From the NCBI GenBank assembly GCA_965247115.1, contig CBDFGR010000003.1, positions 896,001-960,000 on the forward strand: DNA of 64,000 nucleotides, read 5' to 3'. The stretch comes from Myxococcota bacterium (GTDB lineage Bacteria > Myxococcota_A > UBA9160 > SZUA-336). The notes under the pieces are model-generated. The model saw only the letters and a program-made list of their open reading frames with translations, searched no databases and was not told the DNA's origin. Below are positions 52,675 through 61,851 of this stretch, piece after piece. Positions within the stretch are counted from its first letter, which is position 1. Every line of letters begins with the position of its first letter. A program made the position numbers and the translations under genes.

Positions 52675-53697
52675 TCCGATGGTGCTGAACCGAGAGTTTG
52701 CTTTTCCGAGCTAACGCTCGGATCTGTCGTAAGCTGGCAGACGTCGGTTGATATGATCGAGTTGTGCGGATAGGGGTTCCTTTGTGGCTTACTTCCTCCA
52801 AGGCTTCGCGGTCTTCCTCGGTGTAGTGGCAGGCACAGCCGTAACGATCCTCGTCGGGCTCTACTTCCGCCGAAGAGAGGAAGACGCAGCAGACGCGAAA
52901 TCTGCGCTTTGAACTCGAACTCAATATTGGGAAGATCGAGAAGTGGCTTGAGGAACTCCAGCGCTATCGGGATGCCGTAAACGGGGACTCTCTCCAGACC
53001 TACTTTGGTTACTTCGATCTCCACAGATTCGTGTCCGTAACTATGAACGCAATGTTTCTGTCTGGCCTTCTTTACAGGAAGCTAGACCGTGGAGAGATCG
53101 GCAAACTCCAGATGATAGTCTCCGAATTCTCAGCCAACGGAGAGCAATTCATCACGAGTCAGCTAAACGAGAACAAAGAGGCACTCGAGCGCTGCACGAT
53201 GGAAGGTCATTTGGACCTATGGACCTCCGACTTCAAACAGCGTGCGGTTGCCCACATCCACTTCTGGGAAAAGAAATCGGAATTACCTAGTTTAGGGTCT
53301 TGGCATTCTTCTAGCGAATCCCTTGCTCTTTGAGCTTCGCGATTAGCTCCGCTTGTGTACCCGCGCCTTTCGTGCTGTTACACGCGCCACAGAGCAGTTG
53401 CAGGTTGTCGAAGTGATCGGTCCCGCCTTTGCTCTGCGGAACTACGTGGTCAATTGTGAAGTTGCGGAATGGGAACGCTTCGCGGCATCCCCCGCAACGC
53501 CCCTCCTGCTTCCCGAATAGCTGGTGCTTGTGCGTGCGGTAGCTCGGGAGCTTGCCTAGGTCCGTGCGCTTCGGAATGTCGGAGCGTCGGATCGGCTCGA
53601 AGTTGTGGAACAGGTCAAGGTCGATTTGACGTACGCGGAGCTGTACGAGGTCCACGGCCTTATCGGATATATCGATCCCGACCCATTGACGGTCTAG

Positions 53698-54972
53698 CAG
53701 GCTGCGGAGAAAGTGACTGGTTGAGGGGTGGTCCTTCCGACGAGGGGGTTCACCGGCCGAGGGGCGGGGCGCGATTCCCGGTTCGAACCGGTCTTGGGCT
53801 CCGCTGATCGCGGGGCGGTTTCGCACATGACCTACGTGGCCTCCAGCAGCTTGCGGATCCGGATCAGGTTGTAGGCTGCGGCCGTGAAGGTGAAGACCCA
53901 GCCGACCCGATCCGTGCCGCGGTGTCGGGTCTTGCGCATCAGCCCCACGGTCTTCATCCAGCCGAAGACCTCTTCCACCCGTTTGCGAAAACGCTGACTC
54001 AGTTCGTAGCCCCGGTGGCGCGTCGTCCGCCCGTCGATCGCGCTGCGTCGATTCGTCGTGTTCTGCGCCACGTGTGGGGTCACGCCCAACTCTCGAAGCT
54101 CTTCCACGAACCCCTTCGTGTCGAAGCCCTTGTCTCCGCCCAATGTCCTCCGACGCCCGCCTCCCAGACCTTCCACCATCTCGAGCGCCGCTTCGCGCTC
54201 CGCATATCCCGACGCCTGCGTGAGCTTCGCCGCGACCACCAAGCCGTTCCGGTTCTCCGTCACCACGTGTCCCTGGTACGCGAGTCGGGCGCCTTGGCCT
54301 CTCATACCGGCGAGTCGTGCGTCGGGATCCGTCGTCGACGCATGCGTCTGGTTGCTCCGCTTCTCGCCTCGGAAGTTCACCGTCGGGTTGCCCGGGTCAT
54401 CGTCGTCTCTCCGTTCCTCGTCCTTCCGTACGAAGCTCTTCTGGCTCGCCCACGCCTCGATCAGCGTCCCGTCTACCGTGAAGTGCTCCAACGACACCCA
54501 TCCCTCGGTCTCGGCCTGCTCCAGCACTGCGTCGAAGAAGTGCTCGGCAATCTCGCCCTTGAGCAGCCGGTCTCGGTTCTTCGTGAACACCGTGGCGCTG
54601 AACACCACCTCGTCAAGCTCCAGACCCACGAACCAGCGATACAGCAGGTTGTACTCCAGCTGCTCCACCAGCTGCCGCTCGCTCCGGATGGTGTAGAGCA
54701 CCTGCAGCAGCAGGGCGCGCAGCAGCTGCTCCGGGGGCACGGACGGGCGCCCTACGCCTCTGGCGTAGATCGCGTCGAAGCGCGGCGATAGCCGCTGCAG
54801 CGCCGTGTCGACCATGCGCCGCATCGCTCGAAGCGGATGATCATCCGGAATCCGCGACTCCAGCGACACGTAGCTGAACATCCCGCCCTGAAGCGTCCCC
54901 TGTCCTCTCACGCCTCCCCCTTTGGGGCTCGCTCCCAAGGTACCCTTCGATGAGGAGTTTTTCAGCAGCCTG
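53698..54972 (-). mobile_element. IS5-family insertion sequence (1275 bp)
   Basis: IRs CAGGCTGCgGAgAAAgT and CAGGCTGCtGAaAAAcT; CTAG duplicated at 53694-53697 and 54973-54976. Confidence 0.93.
53832..54911 (-). CDS. IS5-family DDE transposase
   Basis: MFSYVSLE.RIP.DHPLR, YNLLYRWFVGL, VDGTLIEAWAS, STTDPDARL, GGDKGFD and RKRVEEVFGW motifs. Confidence 0.94.
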   Translation of the reverse strand: MRGQGTLQGGMFSYVSLESRIPDDHPLRAMRRMVDTALQRLSPRFDAIYARGVGRPSVPPEQLLRALLLQVLYTIRSERQLVEQLEYNLLYRWFVGLELDEVVFSATVFTKNRDRLLKGEIAEHFFDAVLEQAETEGWVSLEHFTVDGTLIEAWASQKSFVRKDEERRDDDDPGNPTVNFRGEKRSNQTHASTTDPDARLAGMRGQGARLAYQGHVVTENRNGLVVAAKLTQASGYAEREAALEMVEGLGGGRRRTLGGDKGFDTKGFVEELRELGVTPHVAQNTTNRRSAIDGRTTRHRGYELSQRFRKRVEEVFGWMKTVGLMRKTRHRGTDRVGWVFTFTAAAYNLIRIRKLLEAT

Positions 54973-55946
54973 CTAGGCGTTCTGCGGCCACGCAAGCCGT
55001 GGCGCAACCGGAGAATGGATCTAGAACTACATCGCCTTTGTCGGAGCTGGCCTTGATAATGCGGTCAAGTAGCGCCAGTGGTTTCTGTGTAGGATAGCCG
55101 ACACGCTCTTTGGCTCGTGAGTTAATTGGGGAAATGTCAGGCCACAAATCGGCGACCGCCTGGCCAGGCATTTCATCTAGATAGCGCTTCAACTGAGGGA
55201 TCTTACTCTCGGTATAGATCCGACCCTCGTCATCGAGTTGGTTCATCTTGTCTTCCGTCATACGCCAAGCCTTCATGATGCCGTGGAACTCGTAGACGGG
55301 TCCACGTCCCCCTGGAGCGTTCAGATTGTCTAGCCGATACGATCTCCCGTCATTGTCCTTGTGTGTGAACTTTCCCTTGATGTAGTCCGCCGAATAGGGG
55401 ATACGAACCCGGTTGAAGGTGTAGCGATCGCTGTGCGAGTAAAAGAGGATCCTGTCGCTAATCGATCCGAAACGCTTGGCGTCCGCATGGAAATTGAACC
55501 GCTTCCATGTGATTTCGTTGCGGAAGTTGCTTTGCCCGAGAATTGCATCCATGAGGGTTTTCAGATAATGGGACGCAGTAGGGTCACAGTGAAGGTATAG
55601 GCTTCCTGTAGGTTTCAGAACGCGCTTCATCTCGAACATTCGAACAGCCATCATGATGGAGTACGACTTCATGCTGGAACCGTGCGCCAACCCCGCCGCG
55701 TCGATAATCGAGTACACGGCGGGGTTCTGCTCTGCGATCTCTCCGTGCCATGCAAGATCCACGTCGTCTAGCGTCCACGTATCTTTGAACGCTGCACCCG
55801 CTGCCTGCGATCCGATAGGAGCGCTGTAGTTCTTATTCGAGTTGAACGGTGGGTCGAGGTAGATTAGGTCGACACTCTCGGAGTTCATACCGCGCATGAT
55901 GTCGAGATTGTCCCCGGTCCACATGGTCCGGTTCTTCCAGTTGGGA

Positions 55947-56825
55947 TCACTCAATATCAAGCTCAAGATTCGTGTTTGTCTTCGGGTAGGCACGTTGCAG
56001 CATGCGCCTGAAATGGTTCCATTCTATAGATCCACGCATGATCGCCATCACACCGGTTAGATGTCTTTGTAGCGCTGGATGTCCAATATCGGTGGTTAGC
56101 CACTGATGGTGCATTGCTCGGCGACGTCCCGTTTCAGTTTTAGGGTTTAGTCTCTCCAGTTCTTTCCTGACGCCGGGTGCTAGTCGATCCCAGACGAAGT
56201 CGTTTGTGTAGTGACCAACGACACTCGGACGATTCACCTTCATCCCCTTCCATTCCCAGCTACGGAGTCTGAAAATCTCCTTGTAGAACTCATCCGGGAA
56301 CCGCTTCGCCCATTTTGCATGTTCAGCGACGAGGTATTTGTCGAGTATCCGGTTAAGTGCATTCCGGTCCCGAATTTCTTGGTAACTGGTCGCTTCATCG
56401 ACCAAGGCAATGATGCCTACGATTGCTAGTCCCCGCAGAAGAACTTCACAGGCCGCCGCAGTACGCGCCTGTGCTGGCATGAGCACACCATCTTTTCTGG
56501 CGCGGAGGTACACTTCACATACTTTAGGGAGCAGTTCTGCCTTATAGCCATAAGCTTGTCCACGCCCAGGAATTGCAAACTTTATACGCCTGCTCGAAAC
56601 GGCTAAGTCTTTGTCTACATAGGGTTTTAGCGTCTCTGACGCGAGAAATGGGGCGATCTCCTCGAAACGGGAACCTCGGCCGTGAGGCCGAACTGATCGG
56701 TCAAGTGCTCGTAGAAAAGACGATTGTGTGAGTATGCGGGTGCCGTCATTGAGCACCGCACACTCGACGATAATGGGGCCAATATGCAGCTCGCCAGTAT
56801 GTGTTGCCTTGGGAAGGATGCTCAT
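55947..56825 (-). CDS. P63C domain protein
   Basis: CAVL.DGTR, GIIALVDEATSYQ, WAKRFPDEFYKEIFRL and HHQWLT.DIGHPAL motifs. Confidence 0.88.
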   Translation of the reverse strand: MSILPKATHTGELHIGPIIVECAVLNDGTRILTQSSFLRALDRSVRPHGRGSRFEEIAPFLASETLKPYVDKDLAVSSRRIKFAIPGRGQAYGYKAELLPKVCEVYLRARKDGVLMPAQARTAAACEVLLRGLAIVGIIALVDEATSYQEIRDRNALNRILDKYLVAEHAKWAKRFPDEFYKEIFRLRSWEWKGMKVNRPSVVGHYTNDFVWDRLAPGVRKELERLNPKTETGRRRAMHHQWLTTDIGHPALQRHLTGVMAIMRGSIEWNHFRRMLQRAYPKTNTNLELDIE

Positions 56826-57718
56826 TGCGTTACTCCCAGTCCGCGAGTGACGGTAAGGTCGAAGGCTTCGAAGGGATCAGCCTTCCGTAGGTTGTAGCGG
56901 TAGCAGAACTCGTCCACGTAGCGCTGCAAGTGCTTCCGGCTTACGCTGTGGAACTGTCCGAACATGCCGCGCTTTAGGAGAGCCCAAAACCCCTCAATCG
57001 TGTTGGTGTGAATGTCGCCGTCTACGTACCAGTCTTGGTGCTTGATTACAGCGTGCGGCAGAATCCTGGCCATTCCGAGATAGGCTTTGTACTCGTCTGT
57101 AATCAAGCTGGACCGCGTGGTATCGATGCGCTCGCGAACGAAGGCGCGCATGTGGCGGCCTTTCATCTTGTCCTTAGCCACGGCCTTCGCCGTTACCTTG
57201 CCCTCACGCTCTACAGCTCCAATCACGGGCGCTTTCTCGGTGCCTCGGCCTCTCTTATGCGTACCGCCCGGCCCTGTGCCCTTGGTGCCTCTTCTGGGCT
57301 TCCCGCCGACGTAGGTTTCGTCCATCTCGATGATGCCTGTAAGCAGGTTGCGCTGTTCTGCTTGGGTCATGGCCTTGCGGATTTGCATCGAGATCCGCCA
57401 AGCAGTGTTCTTATTCACGCGGAGGTCACGAGAGAGCTGAAGTGCCGACAGGCCCTTTCTAGCGTTCAGCATGAGCATGATCGCCAAGAACCACTTTTGC
57501 ATCGGCATGTGCGTATGGTGAAAGATCGTGCCGACCGTCACGCTGAAAGAGGTCTTGCAGTCGTAGCACCGATGCCGTCGGCGCTTGTCGTTACTGCGAG
57601 CCGTATTGACCGATCCGCAATAAGGACACGCTACCTCGTCGCCCCAGCGAGTCGCCTCCAGGTGAGCGATGCAATCCGCTTGTGTTGGAAAGCGCTCGAA
57701 AATCCCTATGATGTCCAC
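56822..57718 (-). CDS. IS1595-family transposase
   Basis: Zinc ribbon CPYC...CYDC, EMDETYVGG, ITDEYKAY, HTNTIEGFW and YVDEFCYRYN motifs. Confidence 0.95.
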   Translation of the reverse strand: MDIIGIFERFPTQADCIAHLEATRWGDEVACPYCGSVNTARSNDKRRRHRCYDCKTSFSVTVGTIFHHTHMPMQKWFLAIMLMLNARKGLSALQLSRDLRVNKNTAWRISMQIRKAMTQAEQRNLLTGIIEMDETYVGGKPRRGTKGTGPGGTHKRGRGTEKAPVIGAVEREGKVTAKAVAKDKMKGRHMRAFVRERIDTTRSSLITDEYKAYLGMARILPHAVIKHQDWYVDGDIHTNTIEGFWALLKRGMFGQFHSVSRKHLQRYVDEFCYRYNLRKADPFEAFDLTVTRGLGVTQ

Positions 57719-57766
57719 GACGTATTCCCCTTGCCTGTGCCGATTTGGTTTCCTTTGTCAGAATCC

Positions 57767-57795
57767 AATATGGCGCAGGAAAGGGGGTATGTCAA
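57767..57795 (-). promoter_or_regulatory. Sigma70-type promoter of the IS1595 operon, with the -35 inside the terminal IR
   Basis: Minus strand reads TTGACA-N17-CATATT. Confidence 0.65.
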
Positions 57796-57989
57796 GACCC
57801 TAAACTAGGCAATTCCGAAAGAAATTCCAAGAGCACAAACTCACCCTCGCGGAGATCGCTGGGAACCTCAGCTGAGAGGACTCTTACAACGCGAACTCTT
57901 CGACCCGGGGTCGCATATGGCCTGGCGCTCTAGGATTGCTCCTGACGGCCGCGCAGGTTCGGCTCCGGCTGGCACAGGCTTCGACAATA

Positions 57990-58014
57990 GGCACCTATTT
58001 GGCACCCATTTTGA
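57990..58014 (+). repeat. Candidate integrase arm-type site
   Basis: GGCACCTATTTGGCACccATTTTGA, matching 43184-43208. Confidence 0.7.
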
Positions 58015-58055
58015 ACCGGGTGGCAGGGGCGCCTCTCGTAAGTCCCTATCGCCAT

Positions 58056-58133
58056 TGGTGACCCAGGCAGGATTCGAACCTGCGACTTCTTGCTCCGGAG
58101 GCAAGCGCTCTATCCAGACTGAGCTACTGGGCC
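58056..58133 (-). tRNA. tRNA-Arg(CCG)
   Basis: GGCCCAG acceptor stem, TAGCTCAG..GGATAGAGC D arm, CTTGC-CTCCGGA-GCAAG anticodon arm, GGTTCGAATCC T loop and encoded CCA. Confidence 0.97.
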
Positions 58134-58540
58134 ACTAAGGATTCCGCGCACTTAGCGCGCCGGCGCCGGACACCAAGCGTCGAAGTGTTGCCACAGTGTT
58201 GCCACGCGGTCAAACCGAGTGATCTCTGTCGTGGGGCCCTCCCAGATTGGATCGAGGGATGAGCGACGAACTGAACCTAGATCGCGATTTCGAGCAGGAC
58301 TGAGCCGAGTCCGAGCAGACCCTCAGGACGTTCGAGCTGCAGCTCGGAACGCACTCCATCTTGCACTCGGCCGAGCTAGCCAGCCGTAAGTGCGCGAATC
58401 GTGGAGTTTCGGTGGCGCTAGCGCATGCGACTGCCCATCGCACGCGCGAGATCAAGTCGCCGGCGTTTCGAGGGGTGGCCTGCGAGATTCTGGTTCAGTG
58501 GATGAGTTGCGCCAGCGGCGAGTCCACGATGGATCGGTTC

Positions 58541-60106
58541 TCATGGTTTCGAAAGGGCCTCCTCCAGACTATCGTCGGCGAGCTGTGTCAGGTCCGCCGC
58601 GGCCCTCTTCATTTCCTCGTGCTCCATGGCTCGAGAGATACCCTCTGTCTTCGTCGCTGCCCCCCACTTGCCCAGAAAAGGCTTGAAGACCAGGCGAAGG
58701 ACCTCGCGTATGGGCATGTGCCTGATGAAGCGTCGCAAGACCTTGAGGCTCTGGAGGGGGTAGCGGGTGAACTTGTACAGGATCAGGCGTCGCATCTCGA
58801 TAGAGCGGACGCGATCGATCTCCTGGTCGGGGAGCACCGTGGGATCGACGAGCGAGGCCCTGAAGTACTTGTTCCAATCTTTTTCGTCATCGACAAGGCC
58901 TCGTTGCACGTACTCGTTCCAGAGCGGAGTTCCGCGGTAGACACAGAGGCGCCCAAAGCCGAAAGTGTCGATGCGGATCCGGGAGGCGAACTCGTACGTC
59001 TTCCGGACGTCGTCCGCGGTCTCGTCCGGGTTGCCGAGGAGGAAGAAGCCGTGAACGATCTCAATTCCCGCCCTCTTGGCGGCCGTGACGGCGGTCTCGA
59101 TCTGCTCTAGGGTTTGCTCCTTCTTCAAGCGGTCCAGGATCTTCTGGCTCCCGCTCTCGATACCGAACATCAGCGTCCGGATGTTGGCCTTCGCCATGGC
59201 GGGGAAGAGATCCATGCACTTGGAGTCTACGCGGCCCTCGGCACCCCACTTGATCTCGAGCCGATTGTCTGTGATCCCATCGCACATCGCCTGGATGCGC
59301 TTGGGTTGCAGCAGAAAGTGGTCATCCACGAAAAAGACCGACCGGTATCCCTCACGGTCGAGCTGTTTGAGCTCCTCGACGACGTGACTGGCGCTGCGGG
59401 ATCGCCACTTCCCTTCGCTGAATATCGGGATGTCACAGAAGACGCAAGGCCACGGGCAGCCGCGTGAGGTCTGCATGATGGTGTAGCGATCGAACGAGAA
59501 CACCGCAGGCACGTCGAGAGGCATCGACTCGATATAGTCTACCGCCAACCCCTCGCGGTCCGGGAAAGGCCAGCGGTCCAGATTCCTCTCCAGGGAACGA
59601 TCGGGATTGTCGCGCACCCTGCCATCACGATCCGCCCACGTCACGCCGGCGACCGTGTCCGGATCGTCCAGGCGATCCAGAAGCTCGAGGATCAAGTCCT
59701 CACCGTCGCTCCGGCAGACAAAGTCGACCTCTGGGCATTGCTGCTTGACGCGGTTCGCATTGAGCGTGGCGAAGACGCCGCCGAAGGCGATCTTCACGCC
59801 GGAGCCCGCGCGGATCTGCCGCGCGAGTATCTTCGCATAGGGGTAGCTTGTCCCGGACAGGAAGCTCAGTCCCACCAGGTCCGGCCTCTGGCGGTGGATC
59901 TCATCAAGGATGGTCTCGTTGGGTGTCTCCGGGTTGGCTTGATCGAACATCACGCACTCATGGCCGGCCCGCTTGAGGACAGCGGAGAGTGACATGATCC
60001 CGATTGGCGGGAACCCAATGATCCGGACCCGCCCCGCTTTGGAACGTCTTGCCTCCGGGATTCCGTAGAATTGAGGGTCTCGTACATGAATCAAGAAGGT
60101 CCGCAC
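58541..60106 (-). CDS. B12-binding domain radical SAM protein
   Basis: FPPIG, FGGVFAT, SRGCPWPCVFC (CxxxCxxC), GIESGSQ and FLLGNPDET motifs. Confidence 0.93.
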   Translation of the reverse strand: MRTFLIHVRDPQFYGIPEARRSKAGRVRIIGFPPIGIMSLSAVLKRAGHECVMFDQANPETPNETILDEIHRQRPDLVGLSFLSGTSYPYAKILARQIRAGSGVKIAFGGVFATLNANRVKQQCPEVDFVCRSDGEDLILELLDRLDDPDTVAGVTWADRDGRVRDNPDRSLERNLDRWPFPDREGLAVDYIESMPLDVPAVFSFDRYTIMQTSRGCPWPCVFCDIPIFSEGKWRSRSASHVVEELKQLDREGYRSVFFVDDHFLLQPKRIQAMCDGITDNRLEIKWGAEGRVDSKCMDLFPAMAKANIRTLMFGIESGSQKILDRLKKEQTLEQIETAVTAAKRAGIEIVHGFFLLGNPDETADDVRKTYEFASRIRIDTFGFGRLCVYRGTPLWNEYVQRGLVDDEKDWNKYFRASLVDPTVLPDQEIDRVRSIEMRRLILYKFTRYPLQSLKVLRRFIRHMPIREVLRLVFKPFLGKWGAATKTEGISRAMEHEEMKRAAADLTQLADDSLEEALSKP

Positions 60107-60445
60107 TCTGCCTCCGATCTTCGGTCTCGATCGGCGGCTAGACTAGCTCAGGTCGCGTCCAACTCCATCCGTCCGAGTCGTTTCCACTTCCACCGAGCGC
60201 AAGTCATCCACGGAAGCAGAATCTCGCAAGCCTCCCCCGAACTGAGCGAGTGCAAGAAGTTCCAGAAGCACGGCTGGCAGAGGACCTTCGTCTGGCCGTC
60301 GTCAACGTGCGAGTCGCTGAACTTCATCACAGCGGTTTGCTGTAACTGGGCCTAATTGGCAACTTCCTGGCGCGCATCGGGTGCGCGAACGGGAATGGGA
60401 GGCGATTCTAGCGGTGGCTGCGGCGGAGCCCAGCCGGAGGAATGA

Positions 60446-61741
60446 ATGGCCGATCCGAACGTGTTTCACGATGCAGTGGCCCGACTCGCACGCCTCGGAG
60501 AGGCCGCGGGGATCAACCGCGAGGTCATCGCCGCGCTCGAGAGGCCGCAGACCTGTCTGGAGGCATCCCTCCCGGTCCGGCTCGACGATGGGAGCACGCG
60601 GTACTTCACAGCCTACCGCTGCCGCTACAACACGGCCCTCGGCCCCACCAAGGGCGGGATCCGCTTCCACCCCGGCGTGACGGCCGAGGAAGTGAAGGCG
60701 CTCGCTCTCTGGATGACAATCAAGTGCGCCGTCGTCGGGATCCCCTACGGGGGTGGGAAGGGGGGAGTCACCGTCGACCCCAAGTCCTTGTCTCTTCTCG
60801 AGCTGGAGCGACTCTCGCGGGCCTTCGTACGCGGCATGATCTCGATACTGGGTCCAGATCGCGACATTCCTGCCCCTGACGTCTACACGAACGCCAGGAT
60901 CATGGGCTGGATGATGGATGAGTTCGAGGCAATCAACCAGGAGAAGTCACCCGCGGTGATCACCGGGAAGCCGATCCGAATGGGTGGGAGTCGGGGTCGC
61001 AACGAAGCGACAGGGCTCGGCGCCTTCATGTGCATAGAGGAGCTTGCCAAGCGTCGCAGTATCGAGCCCTCGAAGACGCGGGTGGCCGTTCAGGGCTTCG
61101 GGAACGCCGGCTACCACGTTGCAAAGCCGCTACAGGACGCCGGCTACAAGATCGTCGCGGTCAGCGACTCGAAGGGCGGCATCTATTCCAGCGACGGCTT
61201 CGATGTGGCCAGCCTGTTCCAGGGCAAGCTCCAGACGCGAAAGCTGCGTGGGGTGTACTGCGAAGGCTCCGTCTGCGAGCTCATCGATCACGACGAGATC
61301 AGCAACGAGGAGCTACTCGAGCTCGACGTCGACATCCTGATCCCGGCCGCGCTCGAGGGCGTGATCGGACCCTGGAACGTCGACCGGATCCAGGCGCCGA
61401 TCATCGTGGAGGTCGCGAACGGTCCGATCCTCGGGCAGGTGGACGAGCAGCTCGGCGAGGCGGGAAAGCTCGTGATCCCGGACGTTCTCGCCAACGCGGG
61501 TGGCGTGACGGTCAGCTACTTCGAGTGGGTCCAGAATCGAGCGGGCTACTACTGGACGCTCGATGAGGTCCGCTCTCGCCTCGGCGAGATACTGAGGCGC
61601 GCCTTCGGCGAAATGTGGGACCTCTACGAAGCCGAGAAGTCCTCCCTTCGGAGCGCCGCCTACACGCTCGCCCTGCGACGCATCGCCGAGGCCGTAGAGG
61701 CTCACGGCACACGCGAGTTCTTCCAGGGCGAGAGCCACTAG
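60446..61741 (+). CDS. gdhA: Glu/Leu/Phe/Val dehydrogenase (probable glutamate dehydrogenase)
   Basis: GPTKGGIRFH, PYGGGKGG, DIPAPDV, QGFGNAG and NAGGVTVSYFEW motifs. Confidence 0.94.
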   Translation: MADPNVFHDAVARLARLGEAAGINREVIAALERPQTCLEASLPVRLDDGSTRYFTAYRCRYNTALGPTKGGIRFHPGVTAEEVKALALWMTIKCAVVGIPYGGGKGGVTVDPKSLSLLELERLSRAFVRGMISILGPDRDIPAPDVYTNARIMGWMMDEFEAINQEKSPAVITGKPIRMGGSRGRNEATGLGAFMCIEELAKRRSIEPSKTRVAVQGFGNAGYHVAKPLQDAGYKIVAVSDSKGGIYSSDGFDVASLFQGKLQTRKLRGVYCEGSVCELIDHDEISNEELLELDVDILIPAALEGVIGPWNVDRIQAPIIVEVANGPILGQVDEQLGEAGKLVIPDVLANAGGVTVSYFEWVQNRAGYYWTLDEVRSRLGEILRRAFGEMWDLYEAEKSSLRSAAYTLALRRIAEAVEAHGTREFFQGESH

Positions 61742-61851
61742 GCCGCGAAACGGCCGGCTTCTAGCACCGCCTCCGCGGGCTGCGCGCCCGGCCGGCAGAC
61801 GCCGGGCTCCCTGAGCGGGTATCATGTGCCCATCACCGCAGCCCGGGGTCC

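Larger units (their letters stand above)
53311..55954 (-). pseudogene. N6/N4 DNA methyltransferase-HNH nuclease fusion interrupted by IS5
   Basis: LIYLDPPF, YPTQKP and DPFSGCATA in the 5' part; CGGC..IDHVVPQSKGGTD..NLQLLCGACNSTKG in the 3' part. Removing the IS gives in-frame AAERL-DRQWVGIDIS, 454 aa from TTG 55954. Confidence 0.92.
53278..57817 (-). mobile_element. IS1595-family transporter IS with passenger genes
   Basis: 29-bp IRs CGGAATTaCCTAGTTTAGGGTCTTGgCAT and CGGAATTgCCTAGTTTAGGGTCTTGaCAT (27/29); 8-bp TSD AAAGAAAT at 53270-53277 and 57818-57825. Confidence 0.95.
52784..57875 (+). pseudogene. Membrane-anchored hypothetical gene, frameshifted and split by the IS1595 element (parts 52784-53277 and 57826-57875)
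   Basis: Removing the IS and one TSD copy joins HIHFWEKK to FQEHKLTLAEIAGNLS* in frame; the N-terminal TM segment is in another frame (shift near 52880). Confidence 0.65.
43033..58100. mobile_element. Integrated phage-satellite-like element in tRNA-Arg(CCG)
   Basis: 45-bp direct repeats 15,023 bp apart enclosing integrase, Xis-like HTH, primase-helicase, TerL and capsid genes. Confidence 0.92.

Noticed and set aside
52602..53024. Minus-strand 140-aa ORF next to int
   Set aside because: It is antisense to the plus-strand frame that rejoins across the IS1595 site and overlaps the int 3' end; probably a shadow ORF.
53311..53826. HNH ORF as an IscB/Cas9-like RNA-guided nuclease or as the terminase-associated HNH
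   Set aside because: No RuvC motifs and no room for a guide RNA; it is the in-frame C-terminus of the methyltransferase inside the IS1595 element.
43033..58100. A complete prophage
   Set aside because: The core is about 10.5 kb with no portal, tail or lysis genes between intact att sites.
60148..60330. 60-aa Cys-containing ORF upstream of the radical SAM gene as a RiPP precursor
   Set aside because: No clear RBS or leader/core pattern, and no transporter, protease or other RiPP genes nearby.
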